Assembly: GCA_021799445.1 (NCBI GenBank)
Contig: JAJZAM010000003.1
Coordinates: forward strand, 596 to 64,595
Direction: 5' to 3'
DNA from: Actinomycetes bacterium
GTDB lineage: Bacteria; Actinomycetota; Acidimicrobiia; Acidimicrobiales; Palsa-688
Length of the DNA stretch: 64,000 bases
Shown here: positions 44,335 through 54,441 of the stretch, one piece after another
Numbering within the stretch: position 1 is the first letter of the stretch
Layout: each line of letters starts with the position of its first letter
Notes under the pieces: generated by a model
Seen by the model: only the letters and a program-made list of their open reading frames with translations
Told to the model about the DNA's origin: nothing
The model's database searches: none
Position numbers and translations under genes: made by a program

Positions 44335-44822
44335 TGCAAGTCCACGATCTCAAACCAGCCGCCGGGTCGAGCAGGCAACGCCGTCGAGTGGGGCGCGGTA
44401 TCGCCGGCAAGGGTGGTAAGACCGCCGGCCGGGGCACCAAAGGCCAAGGCGCTCGCGGGCAGGTGAAGCCAGGGTTCGAAGGTGGCCAGCTTCCGCTCAC
44501 GCAGCGAATCCCCAAGCTCAAAGGTTTCAAGAACCCCTTCCGGGTCAGCTACAACGCCATCAACCTCGACACCCTGGAGTCCTTCGACGGCGAGGTTGTC
44601 AGCCCCGACACGCTGCGCGAGCGGGGAATGGTCCACAAGCACGGCCTTATCAAGGTGCTCGGCAGGGGTGAGCTGACACGTCCGTTGCGGGTGTCAGCGC
44701 ACGCGTTCTCGCAGTCGGCTAAAGCGGCGATCGAGCAGGCCGGGGGAAGCGTAGAAGTCATCCCGCCGCCGTTCGGGCACGGGCGGCCACCTGCGCGGGG
44801 TAACGCGCTCACAAACCGCTGA
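44334..44822 (+). CDS. rplO: 50S ribosomal protein L15
   Basis: ..LKPAAGSSRQRRRVGRGIAGKGGKTAGRGTKGQGARG... Confidence 0.96.
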   Translation: MQVHDLKPAAGSSRQRRRVGRGIAGKGGKTAGRGTKGQGARGQVKPGFEGGQLPLTQRIPKLKGFKNPFRVSYNAINLDTLESFDGEVVSPDTLRERGMVHKHGLIKVLGRGELTRPLRVSAHAFSQSAKAAIEQAGGSVEVIPPPFGHGRPPARGNALTNR

Positions 44823-44910
44823 CCCCCGCCCTCGTGGTGATCGATGGCCCTAACCGCCCGGCGCGAGCTACCCTAGGTCCGTTCCCGGGGCGGCCCCGGG
44901 AAGGGAGGAC

Positions 44911-46236
44911 TTGATGCGAGGCACGTTCAGCAACCTGGCGAACATGTTCAGGGTTCCGGACCTGCGGAACAAGGTTCTCTTCACGGTGTTCATCATCGCT
45001 GTGTACGCCTTCGGGGCGAACATCCCATGTCCGGGCATCCAGTGGAGCCAGGTGCAGTCGCTAGAGGCCGCTTCCAGCCACGCCGGGGTGGTCGGTTTCT
45101 TGGCGTTGTTCTCTGGCGGGGCGTTGACGAAGATGGCCGTGTTCGGCCTCGGGATCATGCCCTACATCACCGCGTCGATCATCATCCAGTTGATGGTCGT
45201 GGTGATCCCCAAGTTCGAGCAGTGGCGCGACGAGGGCGCGGTAGGTCAGAAGAAGCTCACCCAGGTGACCCGTTACCTGACAATCGCCCTGGCTGTCATG
45301 CAGTCGACCGGCCTGGCGTACGTGTTCCACAACGGCGGCGGCGGCCTGCTCGGCAACGGGTCGGGGCTCAACGTCGACCTCATCCCCGACTTCACGATAC
45401 CCCGGGTCCTGCTGCTGGTCTTGACCATGACCGCTGGCACGGTGGTGGTGATGTGGCTTGCCGAGCTGATCACCCAGCGGGGTGTCGGCCAGGGCATGTC
45501 GGTCCTGATCTTCGCGAACGTGGTTGCTACCATGCCGGCCGGGGGCGCGGCCATCGAAGCTGAGGCCGGTTGGTTCAAGTTCGCCGTGGTGATGGCGCTG
45601 TCGCTGTTCCTATTGGTCGCGATAGTGTTCGTCGAGCAGGGGCAGAGGCGTATCCCGGTAACTTTCGCCAAGCGGGTCGTCGGCCGGAGGATGTACGGGG
45701 GGCAGAGCACCTACATCCCGATGAAGGTGAACACCGGGGGGGTCGTGCCGATCATCTTCGCCAGTTCGGTCCTTTACTTCCCTATCCTCATATCGAACGT
45801 GCTGCCGAGCCACGGGTTTTGGAAGAGCGTCCAGGACTGGATCTCCACGAACCTCGCCCAGCCCAACAACCTCGTCTACATCGTTTTGTACGGGGTGATG
45901 ATCCTCCTTTTCGCCTACTTCTACGCTGCCGTCACTTTCGACCCGGCCCAGCAGGCGGACATCATCCGCAAGCAGGGCGGCTACATCCCCGGTATACGCC
46001 CCGGGCCTCACACCGAGCGGCACTTGCAGCAGATCCTCAGCCGGATCACCCTGCCCGGAGCCTTGTGGCTGGCAGCGGTGGCTCTCATACCGTCGATCAT
46101 GCTCGCCGTTTGGAACATCCAGAACTACCCGTTCGCGGGAACTAGCCTGCTAATCGCTGTCGGCGTGGCCCTTGAGACCATGAAGCAGGTCGACAGTCAG
46201 CTGATGCTTCGCAACTACGAGGGCTTCCTCAGCTAG
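44911..46236 (+). CDS. secY: preprotein translocase subunit SecY
   Basis: 441 aa with 10 TM segments; ..LGIMPYITASIIIQLM.. and ..GGYIPGIRPG..; spc-operon position. Confidence 0.97.
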   Translation: MMRGTFSNLANMFRVPDLRNKVLFTVFIIAVYAFGANIPCPGIQWSQVQSLEAASSHAGVVGFLALFSGGALTKMAVFGLGIMPYITASIIIQLMVVVIPKFEQWRDEGAVGQKKLTQVTRYLTIALAVMQSTGLAYVFHNGGGGLLGNGSGLNVDLIPDFTIPRVLLLVLTMTAGTVVVMWLAELITQRGVGQGMSVLIFANVVATMPAGGAAIEAEAGWFKFAVVMALSLFLLVAIVFVEQGQRRIPVTFAKRVVGRRMYGGQSTYIPMKVNTGGVVPIIFASSVLYFPILISNVLPSHGFWKSVQDWISTNLAQPNNLVYIVLYGVMILLFAYFYAAVTFDPAQQADIIRKQGGYIPGIRPGPHTERHLQQILSRITLPGALWLAAVALIPSIMLAVWNIQNYPFAGTSLLIAVGVALETMKQVDSQLMLRNYEGFLS

Positions 46237-46240
46237 TGCC

Positions 46241-46951
46241 ATGCCCTCCGACCTGATCGGGGCGGCCCCCGGATCCCCCGTCGTCCCCGGAGCGAGGCTG
46301 GTCATCCTCGGCAAGCAAGGTGCCGGCAAGGGCACGCAGGCGGTCCGGCTGTCACGCCACTACGTGGTACCTCACATCGCCACCGGCGACACTTTCAGGG
46401 CTGCGATCCGCTCCGGCTCGGAGTTCGGGGTCATAGCGAAGCGTTACCTCGACGCTGGGGAGCTCGTCCCCGACGACGTCGTGATCGGCGTGGTCAAAGA
46501 GCGCCTCACTCACCGCGACGCGTCGCACCGAGGCTTCGTCCTCGACGGTTTCCCGAGGACAGTCGGTCAAGCCGAGGCCCTTCAGACGATCCTGGAGCCG
46601 TCACGGCTGGACGTGGTAATCAACTTGGACGTTCCCACGGCTGCGGTGCTCACCCGGCTGGCGTCGAGGCGGGTGTGCTCTTCGTGCGGGGCGAACTACA
46701 GCGTCCCGGACAACCCCCCCAAGGTTCCAGGTATATGCGACGTGTGCGGCGGCGACGTCGTGCAACGCGACGACGACACCGAAGCCGCCATACAGAGGCG
46801 TCTCGAGCTCTACGAGCGCGAGACCTCCCCTTTGGTGTCGTGGTACTCGGAGCGGTCCCTCCTAGCGACGATCGACGGGACCGGTCCCCTCGACGAGGTC
46901 ACGGACAGGATCGTCGACGAGATCGACCGGCGCAAACTGGGAGCCGTCTAG
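46241..46951 (+). CDS. adk: adenylate kinase (Zn-lid type)
   Basis: ..[15 protein letters not shown]..; lid CSSCGANY...[14 protein letters not shown]. Confidence 0.95.
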   Translation: MPSDLIGAAPGSPVVPGARLVILGKQGAGKGTQAVRLSRHYVVPHIATGDTFRAAIRSGSEFGVIAKRYLDAGELVPDDVVIGVVKERLTHRDASHRGFVLDGFPRTVGQAEALQTILEPSRLDVVINLDVPTAAVLTRLASRRVCSSCGANYSVPDNPPKVPGICDVCGGDVVQRDDDTEAAIQRRLELYERETSPLVSWYSERSLLATIDGTGPLDEVTDRIVDEIDRRKLGAV

Positions 46952-47033
46952 ACCCCGGTGCGCTAAGCTAGTAGACTATTCGTCCGGCCATGCGCGCCCA
47001 CGCGCGGCCATGCCCCTATTCGATGGAGCCACG

Positions 47034-47147
47034 GTGAAAGTACGTCCAAGTGTGAAAGCAATATGCGAGCACTGCAAGGTGATCAGGCGGCACGGCCGCG
47101 TGATGGTCATCTGCACGAACCCTCGACACAAGCAGAGGCAGGGCTGA
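47034..47147 (+). CDS. rpmJ: 50S ribosomal protein L36
   Basis: 37-aa ORF, too short for the track: [40 protein letters not shown] start with GGAG 5 nt upstream. Confidence 0.92.
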   Translation: MKVRPSVKAICEHCKVIRRHGRVMVICTNPRHKQRQG

Positions 47148-47151
47148 TCCG

Positions 47152-47532
47152 GTGGCGCGAATAGCCGGAGTTGACATCCCCCGCGAGAAGCGTCTCGCGA
47201 CTTCACTCACCTACATCTTCGGTATCGGCGACACGACCGCTACGTCGGTCTGCGAAGGTACCGGGATCGATCCGGCCACACGCGTCCGTGACCTTACCGA
47301 CGAAGAGGTCGCCCGCCTGCGCAACTGGATCGACACTAACCTCAAAGTCGAAGGTGACCTGCGCCGTGATATCTCGCAGGACATCAAGCGCAAGATGGAG
47401 ATCGGCTCATACCAGGGGATCAGGCACCGCCGTGGCTTGCCTGTCCACGGTCAGCGGACCCACACCAACGCCCGCACCCGCAAGGGCCCGAAGAAGACAG
47501 TCGCCGGAAAGAAGAAGGTACGCAAGCACTGA
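47152..47532 (+). CDS. rpsM: 30S ribosomal protein S13
   Basis: [14 protein letters not shown]...[18 protein letters not shown]. Confidence 0.97.
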   Translation: MARIAGVDIPREKRLATSLTYIFGIGDTTATSVCEGTGIDPATRVRDLTDEEVARLRNWIDTNLKVEGDLRRDISQDIKRKMEIGSYQGIRHRRGLPVHGQRTHTNARTRKGPKKTVAGKKKVRKH

Positions 47533-47545
47533 TGGTTCGTAACTG

Positions 47546-47944
47546 ATGGCCAAGCCCAAGCCAGGCGGACGGCGTCCACGCCGCCGTGAGCGCAAGAACG
47601 TCACCTACGGGGTGGCTCACATAAAAAGCTCGTTCAACAACACGATCGTGTCGATAAGCGACCCGGAGGGCAACGTCTTGGCGTGGGCCTCTGCGGGAAA
47701 CGTCGGTTTCAAGGGTTCGCGCAAGTCGACGCCGTTCGCCGCCCAGATGGCCGCGGAAGCGTGCGCTAAGCGGGCTATGGAGCACGGCGTCAAAAAGGTG
47801 GAAGTCCTCGTCAAAGGCCCCGGATCGGGCCGCGAGACGGCTATCCGCTCGATCATGACGGCGGGTATCGAAGTCGCCGGGATCAAAGATGTCACGCCGG
47901 TTCCTCACAACGGCTGCCGGCCGAAGAAGCGGCGGAGGGTGTAG
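47546..47944 (+). CDS. rpsK: 30S ribosomal protein S11
   Basis: ..[30 protein letters not shown]...[17 protein letters not shown]. Confidence 0.97.
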   Translation: MAKPKPGGRRPRRRERKNVTYGVAHIKSSFNNTIVSISDPEGNVLAWASAGNVGFKGSRKSTPFAAQMAAEACAKRAMEHGVKKVEVLVKGPGSGRETAIRSIMTAGIEVAGIKDVTPVPHNGCRPKKRRRV

Positions 47945-47946
47945 GG

Positions 47947-48573
47947 ATGGCCCGCTACATAGGCCCCGGCTGCCGGCTGTGCCGGCGCGAGAAGATGAAG
48001 CTGTACCTCAAAGGCCCCAAGTGCGACACGATGAAGTGCCCGATCGAACGCCGCCCCTACCCGCCCGGCGAGCACGGCAGGGATCGTATGCGCCAAGGTT
48101 CGGAGTACCTGACCCAGCTGCGAGAGAAGCAGAAAGCCCGCCGCATCTACGGCGTCTTGGAGAAGCAGTTCCACAACCTCTACGAGGAAGCCAACCGCCA
48201 GCAGGGGATCACAGGTGAGAACCTGCTCCGCATGCTCGAGCTGCGTCTCGACAACGTGGCTTTCCGGGCGGGTTGGGGGTCGAGTCGCGCCCAGTCCCGC
48301 CAGTTCGTGCGTCACGGGCACATCCTCGTCAACGGCAAGAGGGTGACGATCCCCTCCTACCGTGTCCGCAAAGGTGACGTCATCTCCATCAAAGGCAAGT
48401 CCCGCGACATGATCGTCGTGCGCCACAACATGGACACGTTGGGCCGTTCCGTGCCGCCGTGGCTCGAAGCCGGCGGGGAAGGCCATGAAGTCACCGTCTT
48501 GGATCAGCCGCTTCGCGAGCACATCGACGTGCCGGTACGCGAGTCGCTGATCGTCGAGCTCTACTCGAAATAG
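47947..48573 (+). CDS. rpsD: 30S ribosomal protein S4
   Basis: MARYIGPGCRLCRREKMKLYLKGPKC...; 208 aa. Confidence 0.97.
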   Translation: MARYIGPGCRLCRREKMKLYLKGPKCDTMKCPIERRPYPPGEHGRDRMRQGSEYLTQLREKQKARRIYGVLEKQFHNLYEEANRQQGITGENLLRMLELRLDNVAFRAGWGSSRAQSRQFVRHGHILVNGKRVTIPSYRVRKGDVISIKGKSRDMIVVRHNMDTLGRSVPPWLEAGGEGHEVTVLDQPLREHIDVPVRESLIVELYSK

Positions 48574-48581
48574 GAAGTCAC

Positions 48582-49538
48582 ATGCTTATCATCCAACGCC
48601 CGTCAGTGGAGGCTATCGGCGAGGAGCGCGCCAACCGGCAGAGCTTTGCCATCGGCCCACTCGAGCCGGGTTTCGGCCACACCCTGGGCGTGGCACTCCG
48701 GCGTACCCTGCTGTCGTCGATACCCGGCGCTGCTATCACCGAGGTTCGCTTCGACGAGGCGCTCCACGAGTTCACGACGATACCCGGCGTCAAAGAGGAC
48801 GTCACCGAGATCGTGCTGAACCTAAAAGACGTCGTCCTCGAAGTGCAAGGCGACGACCCAGTCACCCTGCGCCTCGACGTGACCGGACCGGCTACCGTCA
48901 CCGCAGGTGACATTCCCCTCAGCGCCGACGTGGAGATCTGCAACCCGGAGCTGGTGATAGCCAACGTCGCGGCGAACGGCCGCCTCGCTTTCGAGGTGAC
49001 AGTCGAACGCGGCACGGGTTACGTCTCGGCCGAACGCAACAAGCGTTCTGCGGTTATCGGGGTCATCCCGATCGACTCCATCTTCTCCCCGGTGCGCGTG
49101 GCGGCGTTCAGCGTAGAGCCGACCCGGGTCGAGCAGTCGACCAACTACGACCGCCTCGTTCTCGACATAACCACAGACGGGTCGATCACCCCCCGCGAGG
49201 CTCTAGCGTCGGCGGGTGACACGCTGCGCTCGCTGGTGTCGCTGATCGCAGACATGAGCGACCAGCCCCGAGGTTTGGAGCTTGGGGAGGTGGGGGCGGT
49301 CACCGGTGGCTCGCCGGACATCGACCTGCCGATCGAGGAGCTCGACCTTTCGGAACGTCCCCGTAACTGCTTGAAGCGAGCTCAGATCAACACGGTCGGC
49401 GAGCTCATCCAACGCAGCGAGGAGGACCTGCTCGCGATAACCAACTTCGGCCAGAAGTCCCTCGACGAGGTTCTGGCTAAGCTCGACGAGCGGGGTTTGG
49501 CGCTGCAGCCGAGCCCGCACGACGGAGGTGTGAGATGA
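48582..49538 (+). CDS. rpoA: DNA-directed RNA polymerase alpha subunit
   Basis: ..IGPLEPGFGHTLGVALRRTLLSSIPGAAIT.. and the C-terminal ..LDLSERPRNCLKRAQINTVGELI... Confidence 0.97.
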   Translation: MLIIQRPSVEAIGEERANRQSFAIGPLEPGFGHTLGVALRRTLLSSIPGAAITEVRFDEALHEFTTIPGVKEDVTEIVLNLKDVVLEVQGDDPVTLRLDVTGPATVTAGDIPLSADVEICNPELVIANVAANGRLAFEVTVERGTGYVSAERNKRSAVIGVIPIDSIFSPVRVAAFSVEPTRVEQSTNYDRLVLDITTDGSITPREALASAGDTLRSLVSLIADMSDQPRGLELGEVGAVTGGSPDIDLPIEELDLSERPRNCLKRAQINTVGELIQRSEEDLLAITNFGQKSLDEVLAKLDERGLALQPSPHDGGVR

Positions 49539-49915
49539 CAGCGCTCCCAGGGCGCCCGAAGAAGGGCCGGCGTTTCGGCGGTGACGCGGAGCATCAGAAG
49601 GCGATGATCGGGAACATGGTCGCCTCCCTGATAGCCGCCGAGGCGATCGTGACCACCGAGGCGAAAGCCAAGTACCTTCGCCCGGTCGTGGAAAAGTGCG
49701 TGACCAAAGCTAAGAAGGCCGCCGCCGACCAGGAAAAGGCGGTTCACTTGCAGCGCCAGGTTGTCGCGCTGATCCGCGACAAGGACATGGCCCACAAGCT
49801 TTTCTCGGAGATCGGTCCCCGCTACTCCGAGCGGGCTGGCGGCTACACCCGGATCCTCAAGCTCGGACCTCGCCACGGTGACAACGCGCCCATGGCTCGC
49901 ATCGAGTTCGTCTGA
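49535..49915 (+). CDS. rplQ: 50S ribosomal protein L17
   Basis: ..HQKAMIGNMVASLI..E.IVTTEAKAK.LRPVVEK...GGYTRILKLGPRHGDNAPMA.IEFV. Confidence 0.96.
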   Translation: MTALPGRPKKGRRFGGDAEHQKAMIGNMVASLIAAEAIVTTEAKAKYLRPVVEKCVTKAKKAAADQEKAVHLQRQVVALIRDKDMAHKLFSEIGPRYSERAGGYTRILKLGPRHGDNAPMARIEFV

Positions 49916-50029
49916 CCGTCCGGGCGGGTCAACGCCGCATCTGGGAGTGGCGCCCTGACGCTGTTCTCGGATCAGTCGGCTCCTGACGCTCCGGCGGCGG
50001 TAACCAGCCGGCCGACGAGGCGGCTTAGG

Positions 50030-50821
50030 ATGCTCGTAGCTTACGACGGTTCCGGTTTCCACGGTTTCGCCGCCCAACCGGGAGTGACGACGGTAGCCGG
50101 CGCCCTGAGCGGAGCTTTGGAACGCTACCTTCGCCACACCGTCGACCTTACCTGCGCAGGCAGGACCGACACCGGGGTGCACGCCTGGGGGCAAGTGGTC
50201 AGCTTCGCTGCACGCGAGGACGTCGACCTCGACCGGCTGCACAGGGCTCTCAACAAGACGCTGCGCCCTTCGATCGTAATCCGGGACGTCGCTCCCGCCG
50301 GCGACGACTTCGACGCTAGGCGCTCGGCGACCGCCCGCGTTTACCGGTACAACATTTTGAACACGCGCGTAGCGGACCCGTTCGCCGCGCGCACGGCCTG
50401 GCACGTGACTCGCCCCCTCGACGTGGCGGCTATGAGGCTGGCTTCGGACCCTTTGATCGGGGAGCACGACTTCGCGTCTTTCTGCCGGCGGCCACCGGAC
50501 CCGGAGGCGTCGCTGGTGCGGGTCGTGGCCGACGCCCGCTGGCGTGACCTCGGCGACGGAAGGCTCCGCTTCGAAATCGAAGCGTCATCTTTTTGCCATC
50601 AGATGGTCCGCGCGCTCGTCGGCACTCTCGTCGAGGTCGGCGCGGGCGCCAAGAAGGCGGGGGAGATGACGGCCATCTTGAACGCACGTTCACGGTCCGC
50701 TGCCGGCCAGCTGGCGCCGCCGCACGGGTTGTGCCTGTGGGAGGTGCGCTACGGCGCTCAGGGCACCTCGGTGGCGTGGTGGCCGGCGGCTTCGAGCGCG
50801 GCGATGACCTCAGCGTGGTGA
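50030..50821 (+). CDS. truA: tRNA pseudouridine(38-40) synthase TruA (start uncertain)
   Basis: ..VAYDGSGFHGFAAQPG...LTCAGRTDTGVHAWGQVVSF... The in-frame upstream codons (..TRRLR) look like part of the protein but lack a canonical start. Confidence 0.85.
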   Translation: MLVAYDGSGFHGFAAQPGVTTVAGALSGALERYLRHTVDLTCAGRTDTGVHAWGQVVSFAAREDVDLDRLHRALNKTLRPSIVIRDVAPAGDDFDARRSATARVYRYNILNTRVADPFAARTAWHVTRPLDVAAMRLASDPLIGEHDFASFCRRPPDPEASLVRVVADARWRDLGDGRLRFEIEASSFCHQMVRALVGTLVEVGAGAKKAGEMTAILNARSRSAAGQLAPPHGLCLWEVRYGAQGTSVAWWPAASSAAMTSAW

Positions 50822-51981
50822 TCCCGGTCGCGGGTTTCCACGGTGACTTGTATCTCCACCTGGCCGACGCCGATCGGCCTGCCGTTGCGATGGTGCTCCA
50901 CGTCGAGGACGTTTAGCCCCAGCCTGGCCAGGTCCGCTGTCACCGAGGCGAGCGACCCGGCCCTGTCGCCGACCACGACGCGCAACGTCAAGTAGCGCCC
51001 GGCTGCGGAAAGGCCGTGGTCGATCAGTTTCGCCAGGAGCATCGGGTCGACGTTTCCTCCTGAGAGGACCACTACCACGGGTCCCGTTCCGGGTACCCGC
51101 CCGGAGGCGAGGGCGCCGAGACCCACCGCGCCGGCGGGTTCGACGACGGCTTTGAGGCGCTCCACGCCGAGGAGGATGGCTCTGGAGATCTCCTCTTCGT
51201 CGACGGTGATGACCGTCTCGACGAACTCCTCGGCGTGGGCGAGGGTGGTCTCGCTCACGCAGCCGACGGCGATCCCGTCCGCCATCGTCGACACCGAAGT
51301 CAGCGGAACCGGCCGTCCCGCCGCGAGCGCGGCGCTCATCGTCGGAGCTCCCGCGGCTTCGACTCCTATCACCGACGGCCGTCGCGTTGACACGCCGGGC
51401 GGGTAAGCCGAAGCGACCGCAGCGCCCACACCGGCCAGCAGGCCGCCACCGCCGACGGGCACCAGGATGACCTCGGCGTCGGGGGCTTCGTCGAGGACCT
51501 CCAAGCCGAGAGTCCCCTGTCCGGCTATGACGTCGAGGTCGTCGAAAGGAGGGACGAACTTAGCGCCGCTGGACTCTGCGTAACTTCTCGCGACGGCGAT
51601 CGCGTCGTCGAGGATGACGCCTTCGAGGCGGACGGTCGCTCCGTAGCCGCGGGTGGCGTTGATCTTGGGCAGGGAGGCCCCTTCGGGCATGAAGATCGTC
51701 GCCGCGCGGCCGGTCAGGGCGGCGGCGAGGGCGACGCCCTGCGCGTGGTTGCCTGCGGAGGCGGCCACAACTTCGCGCCCGGGTGGGAGGCGGCTGATCA
51801 GGTTGAAGGCCCCGCGGATCTTGAACGAGCCTGTGCGCTGGCGGAACTCCGGTTTGATCAGCACGTCACGTCCGGTGAGCCTGCTCAACGTGTCCGAGCG
51901 GTAGGTGGGGACAGCTTGAAGGACCCCGGCGAGGCGCTCCCGGGCGGCTCGGATCGCCCCGGCGCTGACCAGGGAGCTCAA
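50758..51981 (-). CDS. ilvA: threonine ammonia-lyase (short form with one C-terminal ACT-like domain)
   Basis: ..IKPEFRQRTGSFKIRGAFN (PLP Lys)...AASAGNHAQGVA...VPVGGGGLLAG... I placed the start at the TTG at 51981, which overlaps the upstream stop (TTGA). The track ORF (to 52380) runs into the neighbouring gene. Confidence 0.8.
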   Translation of the reverse strand: MSSLVSAGAIRAARERLAGVLQAVPTYRSDTLSRLTGRDVLIKPEFRQRTGSFKIRGAFNLISRLPPGREVVAASAGNHAQGVALAAALTGRAATIFMPEGASLPKINATRGYGATVRLEGVILDDAIAVARSYAESSGAKFVPPFDDLDVIAGQGTLGLEVLDEAPDAEVILVPVGGGGLLAGVGAAVASAYPPGVSTRRPSVIGVEAAGAPTMSAALAAGRPVPLTSVSTMADGIAVGCVSETTLAHAEEFVETVITVDEEEISRAILLGVERLKAVVEPAGAVGLGALASGRVPGTGPVVVVLSGGNVDPMLLAKLIDHGLSAAGRYLTLRVVVGDRAGSLASVTADLARLGLNVLDVEHHRNGRPIGVGQVEIQVTVETRDRDHHAEVIAALEAAGHHATEVP

Positions 51982-52874
51982 CGGGCTCGCGCTGCGGCGT
52001 CGCGCGACGCACGCCAAAGGGCGAGTTGGCGGGCTGCAGCCGCCTCGGAGGCCTGGTCGTGGGCGACGGCGTTTCTCTCGTCGTTGCGCAGCCACTGGAC
52101 GAAAACTGCGATCGTCGCGTACAGAGACACGGTCTCGCCTAAAACCCACAGGACCGCGGCGCCCAGGTGCAGGCTCGCCACGGAAACGTACGGCGCTATG
52201 CGGGTGGTCTCGCTCTGCAAGGTCATGCCGAGCACACCGAAAAGCGGGAACGTAGCGAGAAGGTAGAAGATCCTCTGCCAGTACCCGAGCTTCCACGGCG
52301 CCCGGTCGGCCGCGACCACGACCCACCAGAAAGCCAATCCGACCAAGATCAACCCGACCGCCGAAGCCTGAGCGACCCACGTGTCGGCGAGAACGTCGTC
52401 GACTAGCCCGGTGAAGAAGAAAACCATTCCAGATGCGGCGAAGACCACCCAGGTGACAAGCGGGAACGTGACTCCACGGACTACGCGCTTCGACAGCACA
52501 ACCCCCAAGGTGTCCCTGCGACCGGTGGCTGGCTCGGAAGTAGCGCCGAGCGAGACGAGCTCACCGAGGCGCAGCGGGGCGCCGAGCACCACCAGCCCGG
52601 GGCCGACCACGCCGAAGGCCGCGTACCAAATCGCAAGCGCCGTGAAGTTCGTTTCGCCGAACGCCAAGAGACCGGACGTGGCGGCTACGAGCATGACCAG
52701 CTCCCCGGCCAGGAACGACACGGTGCGAGCCGCCGGCCAGGCCCGCCCGGCGGCCGCGACCCGCCGCCGGGCGCTCAGGTACCAGGCTGTCGAGGCCGCC
52801 ACGGCGACCAACGTGACAGGCTGGAGTTGGGGATGGGTGAAAAACGCGACGGCGGACAAAGGCCCAGGAGCCAT
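51978..52874 (-). CDS. polytopic membrane protein, cytochrome c oxidase assembly factor CtaG-like (start uncertain)
   Basis: About 7 hydrophobic helices, adjacent and divergent to ctaE. The family call rests on context and overall pattern. I used the internal ATG at 52874 because the track start at 52985 overlaps ctaE. Confidence 0.5.
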   Translation of the reverse strand: MAPGPLSAVAFFTHPQLQPVTLVAVAASTAWYLSARRRVAAAGRAWPAARTVSFLAGELVMLVAATSGLLAFGETNFTALAIWYAAFGVVGPGLVVLGAPLRLGELVSLGATSEPATGRRDTLGVVLSKRVVRGVTFPLVTWVVFAASGMVFFFTGLVDDVLADTWVAQASAVGLILVGLAFWWVVVAADRAPWKLGYWQRIFYLLATFPLFGVLGMTLQSETTRIAPYVSVASLHLGAAVLWVLGETVSLYATIAVFVQWLRNDERNAVAHDQASEAAAARQLALWRASRDAAARAR

Positions 52875-52975
52875 GACGTCGATGGTAGCGCTGAAGTGGA
52901 CTTTTGCTGCGGCGGCGGACCCGGATCCCGGCGAGTTTGGGATTGTGGTCGCAAGTTGTGTAGAAATAAGGGCCA

Positions 52976-53593
52976 GTGACAGCAATTACCACCACCGGAC
53001 CCGTCGCGCCCCAGGCGGGTACGCTCAGGCAGGTAGACCCGTCGATGTACCGACCGAAGCTTCTTCAGGTCGGGGTCATCGTATGGCTGGCCTCGGAGCT
53101 CATGTTCTTCTCCGGCTTGTTCGCGGCCTACTTCAGCCTCCGCTCCGCAACCCGACCTTGGCCTCCCAAAGGCGACGTGCTCGACGTCCCCCCGGTCCTG
53201 GTCGCGACGATACTGCTAGTGCTGTCGTCGTTCACCATGCAGTACGGCGTTCACCGTGCGATCAAAGGCTCCAAGTGGGGTTTCATCGGCTGGACGGCCA
53301 TGACCTTCGTGCTGGGAGCTCTTTTCGAGGGCATGCAGATCTCCGACTATCTGGGCAGGCCGTTCTCCATAAGCAAGGACGCTTACGGTTCGGCGTTCTA
53401 CACGCTGACCGGATTCCACTTCCTGCACGTCGCCGGAGGACTGATCGCGATGATCATCGTCGGCGTGAGAGTTCTGCGTTCCCCGCGTTTTGGCCACCGC
53501 ACGATGCCGGCGATAGAAATGCTCTCCTACTACTGGCACTTCGTCGACGTCGTGTGGGTAGCCATGTTCCTGACCATCTTCGTCTTGAAATGA
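52976..53593 (+). CDS. ctaE: cytochrome c oxidase subunit III
   Basis: ..VWLASELMFFSGLFAAYF...FYTLTGFHFLHVAGGLI...YWHFVDVVWVAMF... Confidence 0.93.
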   Translation: MTAITTTGPVAPQAGTLRQVDPSMYRPKLLQVGVIVWLASELMFFSGLFAAYFSLRSATRPWPPKGDVLDVPPVLVATILLVLSSFTMQYGVHRAIKGSKWGFIGWTAMTFVLGALFEGMQISDYLGRPFSISKDAYGSAFYTLTGFHFLHVAGGLIAMIIVGVRVLRSPRFGHRTMPAIEMLSYYWHFVDVVWVAMFLTIFVLK

Positions 53594-54441
53594 TCATGCG
53601 CCTGATAAAAAAGCTTCGTTCGAACCGTCTCCTCATCGGTCCCGCCGTGCTGTTCGGCGTGGCCCTCGTGGCGTTCTCGGTGCTCACCCTCACCCAGTCC
53701 ACGGCGAAGGCCCAGGAGGCGCTGGTCAGCACCAACCCCAACGACATAGCCGCCGGGGCGGTGCTTTACTCCGAGCACTGCCAGAGCTGCCACGGCTACG
53801 AGGGTGAAGGCGGCGTCGTCAGCGGAGCCCCGTCCCTAGTCGACAAGGGAGCCGCCGCCGCCGACTTTTACCTGACCACCGGCCGGATGCCGCTCAACGC
53901 CGCGAACAACGAGGCGTTGCGTCATCACACCATCTTCACTCCCACCCAGATCCGCCAGCTGGTCGCTTACATCAACGCCCTTCCCCAGATCACCGGCAAG
54001 GGCGGGTCGGGGCCGACGATCCCCACCGTCGAACCGTTATGCTCGAATCAGGGGACTCTCGCAGCCCAGTCCGAGAAAGGCTGCGTCACCCTCTCGGAGG
54101 GCCAGCAGCTGTTCTCGATCAACTGCGCCGAATGCCACCAGGCGGCCGGCTCGGGGAACATACTCTCCAACGGGAACGTCATACCGTCCCTTAACAACGC
54201 GAGCCTCACCCAGGTGGCCGAAGCCCCCCTGGTAGGGCCGAAGCCGATGCCGATCTTCACCGAGCTCTCAAACGCTCAGATCTCGGCCATCGCCCGCTAC
54301 GTGGTCTACCTTCACCACGCCCCTAACCCCGGCGGGTTCGCTATCGGCCGCATAGGTCCGGTGGCTGAAGGTTTCGTGGCGATACTCGGGGGTTTCTGCC
54401 TGCTGTGGTTCGCCGCCCGGATGATAGGTAACAGAGGATGA
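53590..54441 (+). CDS. qcrC: dihaem cytochrome c subunit of the bc1 complex
   Basis: Two CxxCH motifs (CQSCH, CAECH), an N-terminal signal anchor and a C-terminal TM helix. The ATG overlaps the ctaE stop (ATGA). This is the C-terminal third of the artefactual 52381-54441 ORF. Confidence 0.9.
   Translation: MIMRLIKKLRSNRLLIGPAVLFGVALVAFSVLTLTQSTAKAQEALVSTNPNDIAAGAVLYSEHCQSCHGYEGEGGVVSGAPSLVDKGAAAADFYLTTGRMPLNAANNEALRHHTIFTPTQIRQLVAYINALPQITGKGGSGPTIPTVEPLCSNQGTLAAQSEKGCVTLSEGQQLFSINCAECHQAAGSGNILSNGNVIPSLNNASLTQVAEAPLVGPKPMPIFTELSNAQISAIARYVVYLHHAPNPGGFAIGRIGPVAEGFVAILGGFCLLWFAARMIGNRG

Noticed and set aside
52381-54441. 686-aa plus-strand ORF, the longest unexplained ORF in the track
   Set aside because: It is a high-GC read-through artefact. 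Its first third is antisense to the CtaG-like membrane gene and its middle is out of frame with ctaE. Only the last 283 codons (from the ATG at 53590, dihaem CxxCH protein) are a real gene (qcrC).
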